Virus record (IMG/VR): IMGVR_UViG_3300044834_000093
Location: 1 to 51,772 of that record
DNA from: a virus
Lineage: Duplodnaviria; Caudoviricetes
Length of the DNA: 51,772 nucleotides
Reading direction: 5' to 3' (one strand)
Shown here: positions 44,259 to 51,772 of the stretch, piece after piece
Position numbering within the stretch: position 1 is the first letter of the stretch
Layout of the letters: every line of letters begins with the position of its first letter
Translations under genes and position numbers: made by a program
The notes under the pieces: model-generated
Databases searched by the model: none
Told to the model about the DNA's origin: nothing
Seen by the model: the letters and a program-made list of their open reading frames with translations, nothing else

Positions 44259-44608
44259 GACGTGAGTTTCCAGCCAAGGTTAAAGCAGCAGCTCTCAAAC
44301 GCTGCATGGATGCGAAAGGTATTCCGCATTGCGAAGGCTGTGGGATCGAGCTGACGGCCGGAAACACCGCTTACGATCACGACAAGGCTGATGGGTTAGG
44401 CGGCGAGCCTTCCCTGGATAACTGCAAGGTTCTCTGCATCAGGATTTGCCACAAACGAAAGACCTTCGGCCAAGACAATCCCCGCATGCAGAAAGCAGAC
44501 CGACAGCGCAAAAGCTCATTCGGGATTAAGGCAAAGGCCCGCTCTTTACCTGGAGGCAGAAATTCCCCGTTCAAAATCAAGATCGGTGGGGGAGTGGAGA
44601 GACGATGA
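44255..44608 (+). CDS. HNH endonuclease
   Basis: CEGCG...YDH......GG.....NC.VLC...CH..KT. Confidence 0.85.
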   Translation: MRREFPAKVKAAALKRCMDAKGIPHCEGCGIELTAGNTAYDHDKADGLGGEPSLDNCKVLCIRICHKRKTFGQDNPRMQKADRQRKSSFGIKAKARSLPGGRNSPFKIKIGGGVERR

Positions 44609-44672
44609 CCGAAACAGAAACAACATGCGCCTTCCTCTCAGAACTCCCCTACGTGGCGCTGGGGAGTGGGGC

Positions 44673-45089
44673 GTGACTGAAACAATCCTAATCAAAGGCG
44701 AGCGTCACGTTGTCACACAATGCGGGTCATGCGGAGTTTGGCATACCGTGCCGGAAATCGTTTTCAACTCGCACAAACGAGAGGGCGGGTTTCACGGTTG
44801 TCCAAACGGGCATCAACGCGGATGGGTCAAGGGCGAAGAAGAAATTGAGCGCGAAAAAATCCGCCGCGAGCGCGACCAACTAAAACAGGACGCTGCCAGG
44901 TTGGCGGAAGAGATCGCCTCAGCAAATGCACGCGCTGAAACAGCCGAGCGAAAGGTACAACAAGCCAAGAGACGCGCGGTAGCTGGTGTCTGCCCGTGCT
45001 GCACCCGCACCTTTGTAAACGTGCAGCGACACATGAAGTCCAAGCATCCGAATGTTGTTCCGTTGGAACAAAAGGCGGCACGGCCATGA
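44673..45089 (+). CDS. Zinc-finger/coiled-coil protein
   Basis: CGSCG, CPNGH, CPCC.R.F....RHM..KH; GTG start after GGGAG. Confidence 0.7.
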   Translation: MTETILIKGERHVVTQCGSCGVWHTVPEIVFNSHKREGGFHGCPNGHQRGWVKGEEEIEREKIRRERDQLKQDAARLAEEIASANARAETAERKVQQAKRRAVAGVCPCCTRTFVNVQRHMKSKHPNVVPLEQKAARP

Positions 45090-45216
45090 CCACCCATACC
45101 CCAGCAACACCCGCTCTTGGTGGAGAGGTGCAGAGAATAGATGCGGACTTGAACCGTCTCGTCGCTAATCGCGTAGGTGCAGTTAGGAACGCTGAGCAAG
45201 GTGCCAGGAGAGCAAG

Positions 45217-45678
45217 ATGACAAAGCCGAAATTGAAACTGCCTTCAACAGCAACGGGGCGCCGCAGGCTCTTGAAGCTTGCCGATCTGCTTGAAGCGGAT
45301 GCCAGAAAGAAACGAGGCATCAGCTTCAATTTAAACACAGTGGGGACAACTATTATGTGGCTCGATAGCAGAAAGCCCATTGCACTAGATTGCGGCACGG
45401 AGGCTTGCGCTATGGGCCTTGCTGCAATCTCAGGAGCCTTCAAGCGCCAAGGGTTGTCCTACAAAATAATTGGCCGCTTCATCGAAACAACGCTCAACGG
45501 AAGAGTGCAAGGCTACGACAAATCGGCGATGGACGTATTCAATCTCTCCATGCAAGAAGCTGACTTTCTTTTCACGCCATGTTCATACCCCCAGGAAATT
45601 CGGCTTGGTGCGCCCGCCGAACGCTACGTCGCAAAACGCATCCGTGATTTCGTTGCCGGAAAGGCAGCGCCAACCTGA
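45217..45678 (+). CDS. Conserved hypothetical phage protein
   Basis: LLKLADLL, CGT.ACA.G.A; AGGAG RBS. Confidence 0.7.
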   Translation: MTKPKLKLPSTATGRRRLLKLADLLEADARKKRGISFNLNTVGTTIMWLDSRKPIALDCGTEACAMGLAAISGAFKRQGLSYKIIGRFIETTLNGRVQGYDKSAMDVFNLSMQEADFLFTPCSYPQEIRLGAPAERYVAKRIRDFVAGKAAPT

Positions 45679-45728
45679 CCGCCCCGCCGCCGGCAGCAAC
45701 CACCAACCTCACGTGAACTGGATACTCA

Positions 45729-46091
45729 ATGTCTGAACAGAAACTAAGTCTAGGGGGGAAGGGAGTGGAGGCGGGGCCTTACTACGCCAAGGACGGCCTT
45801 GTTTGGAAGCACCCTATTGTAAAAGAGAACAAAGGAGGCGGCACGACTATCACTATCGGCTTCCCCATTTGTGAGCCGCACGACGCTGTAGGAGTAGAAG
45901 CTGCGGAAACCATTGCGGCCTTGATGAACCTCGGTGACGCCGCGCCTGCCATGCAGGCGGCGCTCATCTCAGCTCGACCGTATGTCGAAAGCGCTGCCGA
46001 CGACGCTCTTCCCAATCCTGCTTCCGAAGCACTTGCGTTGCTGGACGCCGCTCTCGCCCTCTCCCAATCCAAGGGAGGGGCGAATGACTGA
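45729..46091 (+). CDS. Mosaic early protein
   Basis: AAP.M..AL and AALALS linker. Confidence 0.6.
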   Translation: MSEQKLSLGGKGVEAGPYYAKDGLVWKHPIVKENKGGGTTITIGFPICEPHDAVGVEAAETIAALMNLGDAAPAMQAALISARPYVESAADDALPNPASEALALLDAALALSQSKGGAND

Positions 46092-46356
46092 ACCAAATCT
46101 TGGCGAGCCTTGGGCATTCATCGCTCATAAGAAGGGTTGTTTAGGCGGAGTTGCCGCAGCGAACCTAACTGAAAAGGAGCTGCGAGAATTTTTGGGAGAT
46201 TTTGCAGGCAGAGGTTATGCGATCCTCACGGTGCACAGCCGAGACGAATATAGCGCCGCTCTTATGGCTCTTGCCGCCTCCCCATCCCCCGGATCACCAG
46301 CTCAGAGCAAGACGAGCAACGAGGACGCCCTCGCAAAAACGGAAGGCGGCGTTTGA
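46084..46356 (+). CDS. Hypothetical protein ending in an orphan right-arm repeat
   Basis: GGAGG RBS before ATG 46084; PGSP arm at 46288. Confidence 0.6.
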   Translation: MTEPNLGEPWAFIAHKKGCLGGVAAANLTEKELREFLGDFAGRGYAILTVHSRDEYSAALMALAASPSPGSPAQSKTSNEDALAKTEGGV

Positions 46357-46682
46357 TGGCCGAATTTCACCGTTCCAAATTGCTGGCGCTGTCTGATGTC
46401 GAAGTCGGGAAGCTGTTTAAGCAGTTCATCGGCCAGATCGACGATTGGGCGAACAAGCAATGGTCAGACAAAGCCGAATTGATAGTGGGGCTTTCTTTTA
46501 TGGCGTGCGCTCAATTGGTGAAGCAGGCGCACGACTGCAACGCTAACACGCTCATGATGACGCTAATGGATGTCACCCTTGAAGGTGGTTCGGCTGGCGA
46601 TTGGAAACTGACACTCAAGCAGATTAAGCCGCCGTCCTGCAAATCTCCCCGCCCCACCCACCCCAGAGGGGAAGTGAAATGA
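46356..46682 (+). CDS. Hypothetical protein
   Basis: TGATG coupling. Confidence 0.6.
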   Translation: MAEFHRSKLLALSDVEVGKLFKQFIGQIDDWANKQWSDKAELIVGLSFMACAQLVKQAHDCNANTLMMTLMDVTLEGGSAGDWKLTLKQIKPPSCKSPRPTHPRGEVK

Positions 46683-47797
46683 CGGATCTGATCGAGCGGC
46701 TGCCTCCAATTATTTGTTCGCAAGGCGGCATTCCGTACAACAAAGCGCACCTTGACGCCAAGGATGCTCGGATAGCCGAACTGTCAGCCGCCCTCAAAGC
46801 AAAGGCAGCCGCCCTCAAAGGGGAGCGACTTGCCGACGCGATAGAAATCTCTGCGCTCCACGAGCAAGTTAACGCCGCCGAATCCCTACTCGCCTCAGTA
46901 AGAAAGACGGCGATGGAGGAGGCAGCGCAGACTGCGAACGCGGCGAACAGCGATTTCCACGACGAGCAGAAAAGCATGGACTATGTGTTTGGCCACGCTG
47001 ATGCCTGCGACAAAATAGAACGCGCCATCCGCGCCCTCGCTTCTTCCTCTCCCCCAAGAGAAGGGGAGGGAAGTATTAAGCCGGAGACAACGGCCTCCGC
47101 GTTTCCTAGCAGTCTCACCACTGGTGATCAGAGGGTGGAGGATGCTCTTCTCGCTGCGCTGCTAAATGTTCGAAAGATTATCTCAGAAGCGGCGCTGACG
47201 GGGTTCAACTGTAACGATGGCGATTGGGTTGATCGCCTCTTCTTCAGCCAACAGAAAACTAGCGCCGCTATCGCTAGGGCAACAAACAAAGCCCCCGGAT
47301 CACCAGTGGCCAACTCTCCGAGCAACGAGAGGTCATTGTCCCATCCCTCCTCCCCAGACCCAAAGCAGCAAGACCAAAGCCGGTGGCTAAACGATCTACT
47401 CCGGGCCGCCGAAGCATTCCGCGGGGCGATGGTTGAAAGCGGGGCGCTAATCCGCACGCCGCAGAACAAGTATTTGGCGCAATTACGCGCGCTCGAATGC
47501 GCGCTCAATCCGCTGAATTATACTTTCCCGCCAGACCCAAAGCAGCAAGCGGGCGGGCCGGAGGGGTGGCAGTGGGTGCCGAAGGAGCCAACCAAGGAAA
47601 TGATGAACGCCGTTTGGGCGGTCGCGATGGCAGAGCATTATCCAGTCTTTTCTCCTGAAGCTTTATGCAAAATGCACCGCGCCATGCTCGCCGCCTCTCC
47701 CCCGCCACCAGGATCAGCAGCGGGGAGTGGGGAGAACCACGTTGCAAACTCAGTCCAAGAGCAAGCAGCGCCTCGTTCCTCAATGGAGGGCGCATGA
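46679..47797 (+). CDS. Multi-module mosaic early protein
   Basis: Modules separated by repeats; PEGWQWVPKEPT.EM..A module. Confidence 0.7.
   Translation: MTDLIERLPPIICSQGGIPYNKAHLDAKDARIAELSAALKAKAAALKGERLADAIEISALHEQVNAAESLLASVRKTAMEEAAQTANAANSDFHDEQKSMDYVFGHADACDKIERAIRALASSSPPREGEGSIKPETTASAFPSSLTTGDQRVEDALLAALLNVRKIISEAALTGFNCNDGDWVDRLFFSQQKTSAAIARATNKAPGSPVANSPSNERSLSHPSSPDPKQQDQSRWLNDLLRAAEAFRGAMVESGALIRTPQNKYLAQLRALECALNPLNYTFPPDPKQQAGGPEGWQWVPKEPTKEMMNAVWAVAMAEHYPVFSPEALCKMHRAMLAASPPPPGSAAGSGENHVANSVQEQAAPRSSMEGA
47086..47343. repeat. Inverted-repeat-bounded cassette B
   Basis: Left arm 47086-47132, right arm 47294-47343, perfect 12-bp inner stem. Confidence 0.9.
47354..47549 (+). 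repeat. 19-bp in-frame direct repeat pair
   Basis: CCAGACCCAAAGCAGCAAG at 47354 and 47531. Confidence 0.9.
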
Positions 47798-48306
47798 CGG
47801 ATTTGCTGATCAAACGCAGCGCCATCATCTCGGATTGCGGTCTATACCGTTACGAGGCGCGGCGCATTTGGGATGATAGTTTACCGCCCTACGTGTCGGG
47901 GATGCTCAATCCCTCTATAGCCGATCACGAGATAGATGATCCGACCGTAATTCGGAATTGGCGGCGCGCGGAAGTCAACGGTTGCGGCTCCTTGATCGTT
48001 TGGAATCTGGGGGCAGGCCGCGCAACCGACCCCAATGACTGGAAGGCGATGGGTGATCCTATCGGCCCTCAGAACGATTGGCACATCCGCCGCATTCTAA
48101 CCGAGTGCCGCGAGCGCAGCGGGATTGCCGTAGTCGGGTGGGGTGCGCACGGCTCATTTATGGGGCGGGACCGTAAGGCCCTCAGCATTGCTGCCGATGT
48201 CGGGGTGACCTTCCGCTGCCTTGGCACCACGAAAGATGGGCAGCCTCGCCATCCACTTTACATCGCGAACGCACAGCCTCTTGTCGAATGGAGACGAGCA
48301 GCATGA
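47794..48306 (+). CDS. DUF1643 family protein
   Basis: A.IS.CG.YRY...R.W, MLNPS.AD...DDPT, GWG.HG, G.PRHPLY. Confidence 0.9.
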   Translation: MTDLLIKRSAIISDCGLYRYEARRIWDDSLPPYVSGMLNPSIADHEIDDPTVIRNWRRAEVNGCGSLIVWNLGAGRATDPNDWKAMGDPIGPQNDWHIRRILTECRERSGIAVVGWGAHGSFMGRDRKALSIAADVGVTFRCLGTTKDGQPRHPLYIANAQPLVEWRRAA

Positions 48307-48677
48307 CAACGAAACCAATTGAGGAACGCGAGGCCGGCTGCTTTGCCTCTGAAAGACCAACGCAGGTCTCCCCCGCCTTCGCAGAAATGGTCGAGGCGCT
48401 GAAGGTTGCGGAAGATACGATCAAAGGGCACTTTCAGGACGATTGTGGCGATTGTTGTGCTGCACTTGCAGTGATCAGCGCCGCCCTCTCCCGCTCCCCT
48501 CAATCAGCGCCGGTTAGGAAGGTGGGGGAGGAGGAGATTGCGCGGGTGATCGCGAAATGGCGGTTCGAGACGATAGCTGCATTCGACGAAATGACAACAA
48601 CACCAAGCAAAGTAACGGAGCCGGATAGAAGCCTAGCCCGCGCCGTCCTTCGTCTCCTAGCAGAAAGGGAGGGGTAG
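48303..48677 (+). CDS. Mosaic early protein
   Basis: ATGA coupling; AALSR linker. Confidence 0.6.
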   Translation: MTTKPIEEREAGCFASERPTQVSPAFAEMVEALKVAEDTIKGHFQDDCGDCCAALAVISAALSRSPQSAPVRKVGEEEIARVIAKWRFETIAAFDEMTTTPSKVTEPDRSLARAVLRLLAEREG

Positions 48678-48746
48678 ATGCGCATCACCTCTGAGACATG
48701 CAAACCGTGTTCGCCGTGCGCGACTTACTCAGCGGCATGATTGAGA

Positions 48747-49214
48747 ATGGGAAATGAACCACACTGGTTCCTCACAAAGGATGGAGACGTGTCTTGTTAC
48801 TCGCTCTTCGAGCGACACTATTCATCCGTCAAGAACCGGAACCGTAAGCAGCGGCAGTTCGTCGGACCAGGAGAAAACATCGTCCTCAGAACAGCGCGAG
48901 CTGATGCCATGTTCGTCTGGCGAAAATATATCGACGACACAGAGCCGAAGCAGAAAGGCATCGAGTGCGCGGTGTTCCGAAACGAGGGCGAAATCCTCTC
49001 GTCCGAGCTTATCCGACAGGCTGACGCCGTTGCTGATTGCGCGTGGCCTGGTGAAAGGCACTACACCAAAGTCAATCCGCCGGCAGTTAGGAGCCGAAAC
49101 CCGGGCTTCTGCTTTATGGCCGCTGGATGGAGGAAATGCGGAATGACAAAGGGGGGATTGTTAATCCTCGAAAGAAGCACATACCCCCGCGCGACGGACG
49201 CACCGGCCAAATAG
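48747..49214 (+). CDS. Putative Mom-like (GNAT-fold) DNA modification protein
   Basis: L..RHYS, FRNEG..LSSELI, S.NPG.CF.AAGW...G.T resemble Mom-family motifs. Confidence 0.45.
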   Translation: MGNEPHWFLTKDGDVSCYSLFERHYSSVKNRNRKQRQFVGPGENIVLRTARADAMFVWRKYIDDTEPKQKGIECAVFRNEGEILSSELIRQADAVADCAWPGERHYTKVNPPAVRSRNPGFCFMAAGWRKCGMTKGGLLILERSTYPRATDAPAK

Positions 49215-49229
49215 AAGGATGAAGGAAAG

Positions 49230-49679
49230 ATGAAAGAGTTGATCGCCAAATTAGAGAATGCTCACGGACCAAGCCGAGAATTGGATTGTGCTATCGCGGT
49301 TGCTGTCGGCTGGTTCGTCGCTCATCCCGGCCAAAAGTCCGAGCCGGTGGATTACGTTGATGTGCGGCAGCCCGGCCAGAACACTTGGCCTGGTTACGGC
49401 GGCGATCAGCTTGTCCCACGCTTGACAGAATTTATCGACGACGCGCTGACGCTGATGCCAAAAAAGTTGCCTGAGCATTCCGAAATCAACATCAGCATCG
49501 AAGGTGACCGCTCTTTTACGAGCGTGTCCATCGACGTGCGTGGAGAACATTCGATGGCCGACACGGTAGCGGAAGGCTCGGCGTCAGCCCCAGCCCTCGC
49601 CATCTGTATTACCGCGCTGAAAGCTAGCGCTGCCATCTCCGCCGCAACCACGCCCGACGCGCAGGGCAGGACGGGATGA
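49230..49679 (+). CDS. Hypothetical protein (ABA-sandwich-like)
   Basis: GPSRELD..IA, P..T...D.A..L, PALAIC..AL. Confidence 0.65.
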   Translation: MKELIAKLENAHGPSRELDCAIAVAVGWFVAHPGQKSEPVDYVDVRQPGQNTWPGYGGDQLVPRLTEFIDDALTLMPKKLPEHSEINISIEGDRSFTSVSIDVRGEHSMADTVAEGSASAPALAICITALKASAAISAATTPDAQGRTG

Positions 49680-50098
49680 GAAAAATGAGCAGGTCTGGAT
49701 ACGTCGAAGATATGGAAGATCAGTGGCAGCTAATCAGATGGCGCGGTGCCGTGAATCAAGCAATCAAAGGTGCTCGCGGCCAAGCCTTCCTGAAGGAAAT
49801 GCTTGCTGCCTTGGATGCTCTGCCGGAGAAAAAACTGATCGCCGGAGAACTGGAAGAAGATGGCGCGGTGTGCGCGCTCGGCGCTGTCGGAAAGGCACGC
49901 GGCATTAACATGGAGGGGCTTGACCCCGAAGAGAGCGAAAAAGTTGCTGCGGTCTTTGGTATCGCTCCGGCCCTCGCGATGGAGGTCGTCTACATGAATG
50001 ACGAGCGTTGCTTCGGCACGCCGGAAAACCGCTATGCGGAAATGAAGGGATGGATAGAAGCAAATATTTTGCCAGCCCCCATCGAGGCAAAGCGATAG
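49676..50098 (+). CDS. Conserved hypothetical phage protein
   Basis: MSRSGY, RGQAFL.E...ALDA.P.K.L, VCALG. Confidence 0.75.
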   Translation: MRKMSRSGYVEDMEDQWQLIRWRGAVNQAIKGARGQAFLKEMLAALDALPEKKLIAGELEEDGAVCALGAVGKARGINMEGLDPEESEKVAAVFGIAPALAMEVVYMNDERCFGTPENRYAEMKGWIEANILPAPIEAKR

Positions 50099-50447
50099 CT
50101 GCGCATGGCCAGGAAGGGATGAGAAGATGGTAGACGACGAACTGACTTCTGAAGGAACGCGGTTGGTGAAAGCGTGGCTTGGTGCACAGGACGAGGTAGA
50201 GCGCGCGAAGTCGCGTCTTAGAAGCGCGGAGTGCGATCTGGCAAACACGCAGAAAGCCCTCGCAAAATGGATGCTGCCGGAAGACGCGAAGCCAGGAGAA
50301 AAAATCGCCGTTTGGTATGTGGATTCGCTCATCCAGGTAGAGGTGCCGCTTCAGGGACACATGACCATACCTGTTACAATTCGCAAGCGAGGCAGGAGCC
50401 TTCATGCTCGCTGACCAAATCGAGGCAAAGCGATAGCTGCGCATGGC
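50081..50447 (+). repeat. 29-bp perfect direct repeat pair flanking a gene
   Basis: ATCGAGGCAAAGCGATAGCTGCGCATGGC at 50081-50109 and 50419-50447. Confidence 0.95.
50127..50414 (+). CDS. Hypothetical protein within a direct-repeat cassette
   Basis: W..P.DAK.GEK..VW; bounded by the repeats. Confidence 0.7.
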   Translation: MVDDELTSEGTRLVKAWLGAQDEVERAKSRLRSAECDLANTQKALAKWMLPEDAKPGEKIAVWYVDSLIQVEVPLQGHMTIPVTIRKRGRSLHAR

Positions 50448-50751
50448 AGATGAGCAAGGTCCGGTGAAGAAAAGTTTGTCAACTATCGGCATCGCGCCTC
50501 GGCTCCTGACGCGGGAGCAAGCGGCAGCCTATTGTCAAGTCTCGACCGAGATTTTTATTGCTCGCTGCCCGGTACGCCCTGTGAAGATGGGGGAAACAGT
50601 GCGTTCACACCGATGGGACATCAAAGAACTGGACCGATGGCTTGACAGCCTCTCCGGCGAAGCCCCGACAATCGCCTCGAACGGTCAACAGTGGATCGAT
50701 CGGCTCGGGGGAACTAATGAGGGTGGTCGTGCGCGGCGTGAAACAGTATAG
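50443..50751 (+). CDS. xis: Excisionase-like HTH protein
   Basis: PRLLTREQAAAYC..S...F and RWD..ELD.W.D, overlapping the integrase start. Confidence 0.75.
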   Translation: MADEQGPVKKSLSTIGIAPRLLTREQAAAYCQVSTEIFIARCPVRPVKMGETVRSHRWDIKELDRWLDSLSGEAPTIASNGQQWIDRLGGTNEGGRARRETV

Positions 50752-51772
50752 GTCAAAAGGAAAGACCTATTGCTATCACCGGCTGACCGGCAAGCGCATT
50801 GCCGCCGCGCCAGGAACAGCAGAGTTTTTTGCCGAGATCGAAGGGCTGAACTCGGCAACAAAACTAATCCTGCCGCGCGCTGGCACCCTCGGAATGCTGC
50901 TCGGTAAATACCGAGCGAGCGTCAAATTTGCTGAGCTAGCGCCGCGCACGCAAGCCGACTATCGCCGGATCATGGATTGGCTGAAGCCGCTGGACACAAT
51001 GGCGCTCTCAATCATCACACCGCCGTTCGCCGCAGGGTTACGCGACAAGGCCAAGGCTGCACATAAATACCGTTTCGCCAATTACGTTCTGTCCGTGCTG
51101 TCGGCGGCGCTGAGCTGGGGTGCGGAGCATGGCCACATCGATACCAATACGATCAAGGGTCACGTCAAGAAAGCTCCACGACCCAAGGGCATGCCGCAGC
51201 GTAATCGTCCATGGACAACGGATGAGCGCAACACTGTTTTGCAAGAGGCACCGCTGCATCTGAAGGTGCCGGTGGCCATGATGCGATGGGCTGGACTGCG
51301 AACCGGCGATGCACTGATTGCGCCAAAATCATCCTTCGACGGAACAGCCATCGAAATCAGGACAGGCAAAACCGGCCAGCTCGTATGGCTCCCCTGCCCG
51401 GTTCCACTAAGGGCGGTCCTTAAGGCGGCTCTCACTAAGCATCCTAACGCGATCACGCTGGCGACGACATCTAGAGGGCGGCCTTGGACCGGCGGTGGCT
51501 TCCGGGCTTCTCTGGCGAAGTTCCTGGGGAAGCTGGTGGCGGCGGGGCGGATCGGGAAGGGGCTGTCACCGCACGGCCTACGACATTCCATGGCCGTCGA
51601 TTTGCGGGAACTAGGCTTTGATGAACGCACCATTGCCGACTTCCTCGGCCAATCTCAAATTGAAACGGCTCGCGGCTATGCTCGCGGTGCCGATCTACGA
51701 AAAAAGATGACGGCGACGGTGAAAAAGTTAGACATCAGCTTTAAATCTGCAAAGAAATCGGTAGCGGGTTAG
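50717..51772 (+). CDS. int: Tyrosine integrase
   Basis: GLR.GD, KT, HGLRH, LGQ (Gln at the second His position), catalytic Tyr in RGYAR; N-terminal arm-binding domain. Confidence 0.95.
   Translation: MRVVVRGVKQYRSKGKTYCYHRLTGKRIAAAPGTAEFFAEIEGLNSATKLILPRAGTLGMLLGKYRASVKFAELAPRTQADYRRIMDWLKPLDTMALSIITPPFAAGLRDKAKAAHKYRFANYVLSVLSAALSWGAEHGHIDTNTIKGHVKKAPRPKGMPQRNRPWTTDERNTVLQEAPLHLKVPVAMMRWAGLRTGDALIAPKSSFDGTAIEIRTGKTGQLVWLPCPVPLRAVLKAALTKHPNAITLATTSRGRPWTGGGFRASLAKFLGKLVAAGRIGKGLSPHGLRHSMAVDLRELGFDERTIADFLGQSQIETARGYARGADLRKKMTATVKKLDISFKSAKKSVAG

Larger units (their letters stand above)
8676..51772. mobile_element. Nearly complete temperate podovirus-type prophage, probably integrated at tRNA-Gln
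   Basis: Integrase, xis, cI/cro, replication, terminase, portal, capsid, ejection proteins, tail fibre and lysis genes; no tape-measure or sheath gene. Confidence 0.95.

Noticed and set aside
40346-47343. Classical IS or MITE explanation for the inverted arms
   Set aside because: No transposase, no target duplication seen, interiors unrelated, and the best pairing is at the inner rather than outer ends; action in trans is not excluded
51625-51690. Inactive integrase because of LGQ instead of LGH
   Set aside because: R, K, HxxR and Y are intact and this position varies among tyrosine recombinases

Overview
The window is almost entirely prophage DNA from what looks like an alphaproteobacterium (inferred from high GC and rhizobial-type gene families). 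A tRNA-Gln(CTG) at 8602-8675 separates two oppositely oriented temperate phage segments. The left segment (1-8601) is the distal end of one prophage: a minus-strand cargo cluster (KTSC protein, DNA methyltransferase fused to an Mrr-like nuclease domain, DUF2335 membrane operon), a plus-strand lysis cassette and small accessory genes. The right segment (8676 to beyond 51772) is a nearly complete podovirus-type prophage. It runs through accessory genes, lysis, tail fibre, ejection proteins, head and terminase, then replication with iterons, a cro/cI switch, a long mosaic early operon, excisionase and a tyrosine integrase. The most unusual signals are: (1) a family of ~50-bp imperfect inverted-repeat elements that bracket unrelated in-frame cargo in the early operon, plus several other junction repeats that delimit gene or domain cassettes; (2) a promoter-bearing, extensively pairable ~210-nt non-coding region at 598-808; (3) a DUF115/Maf-like transferase-methyltransferase fusion inside the head module; and (4) two related prophages apparently sharing one tRNA back-to-back. 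All family assignments come from motif recognition by eye, not from database searches.
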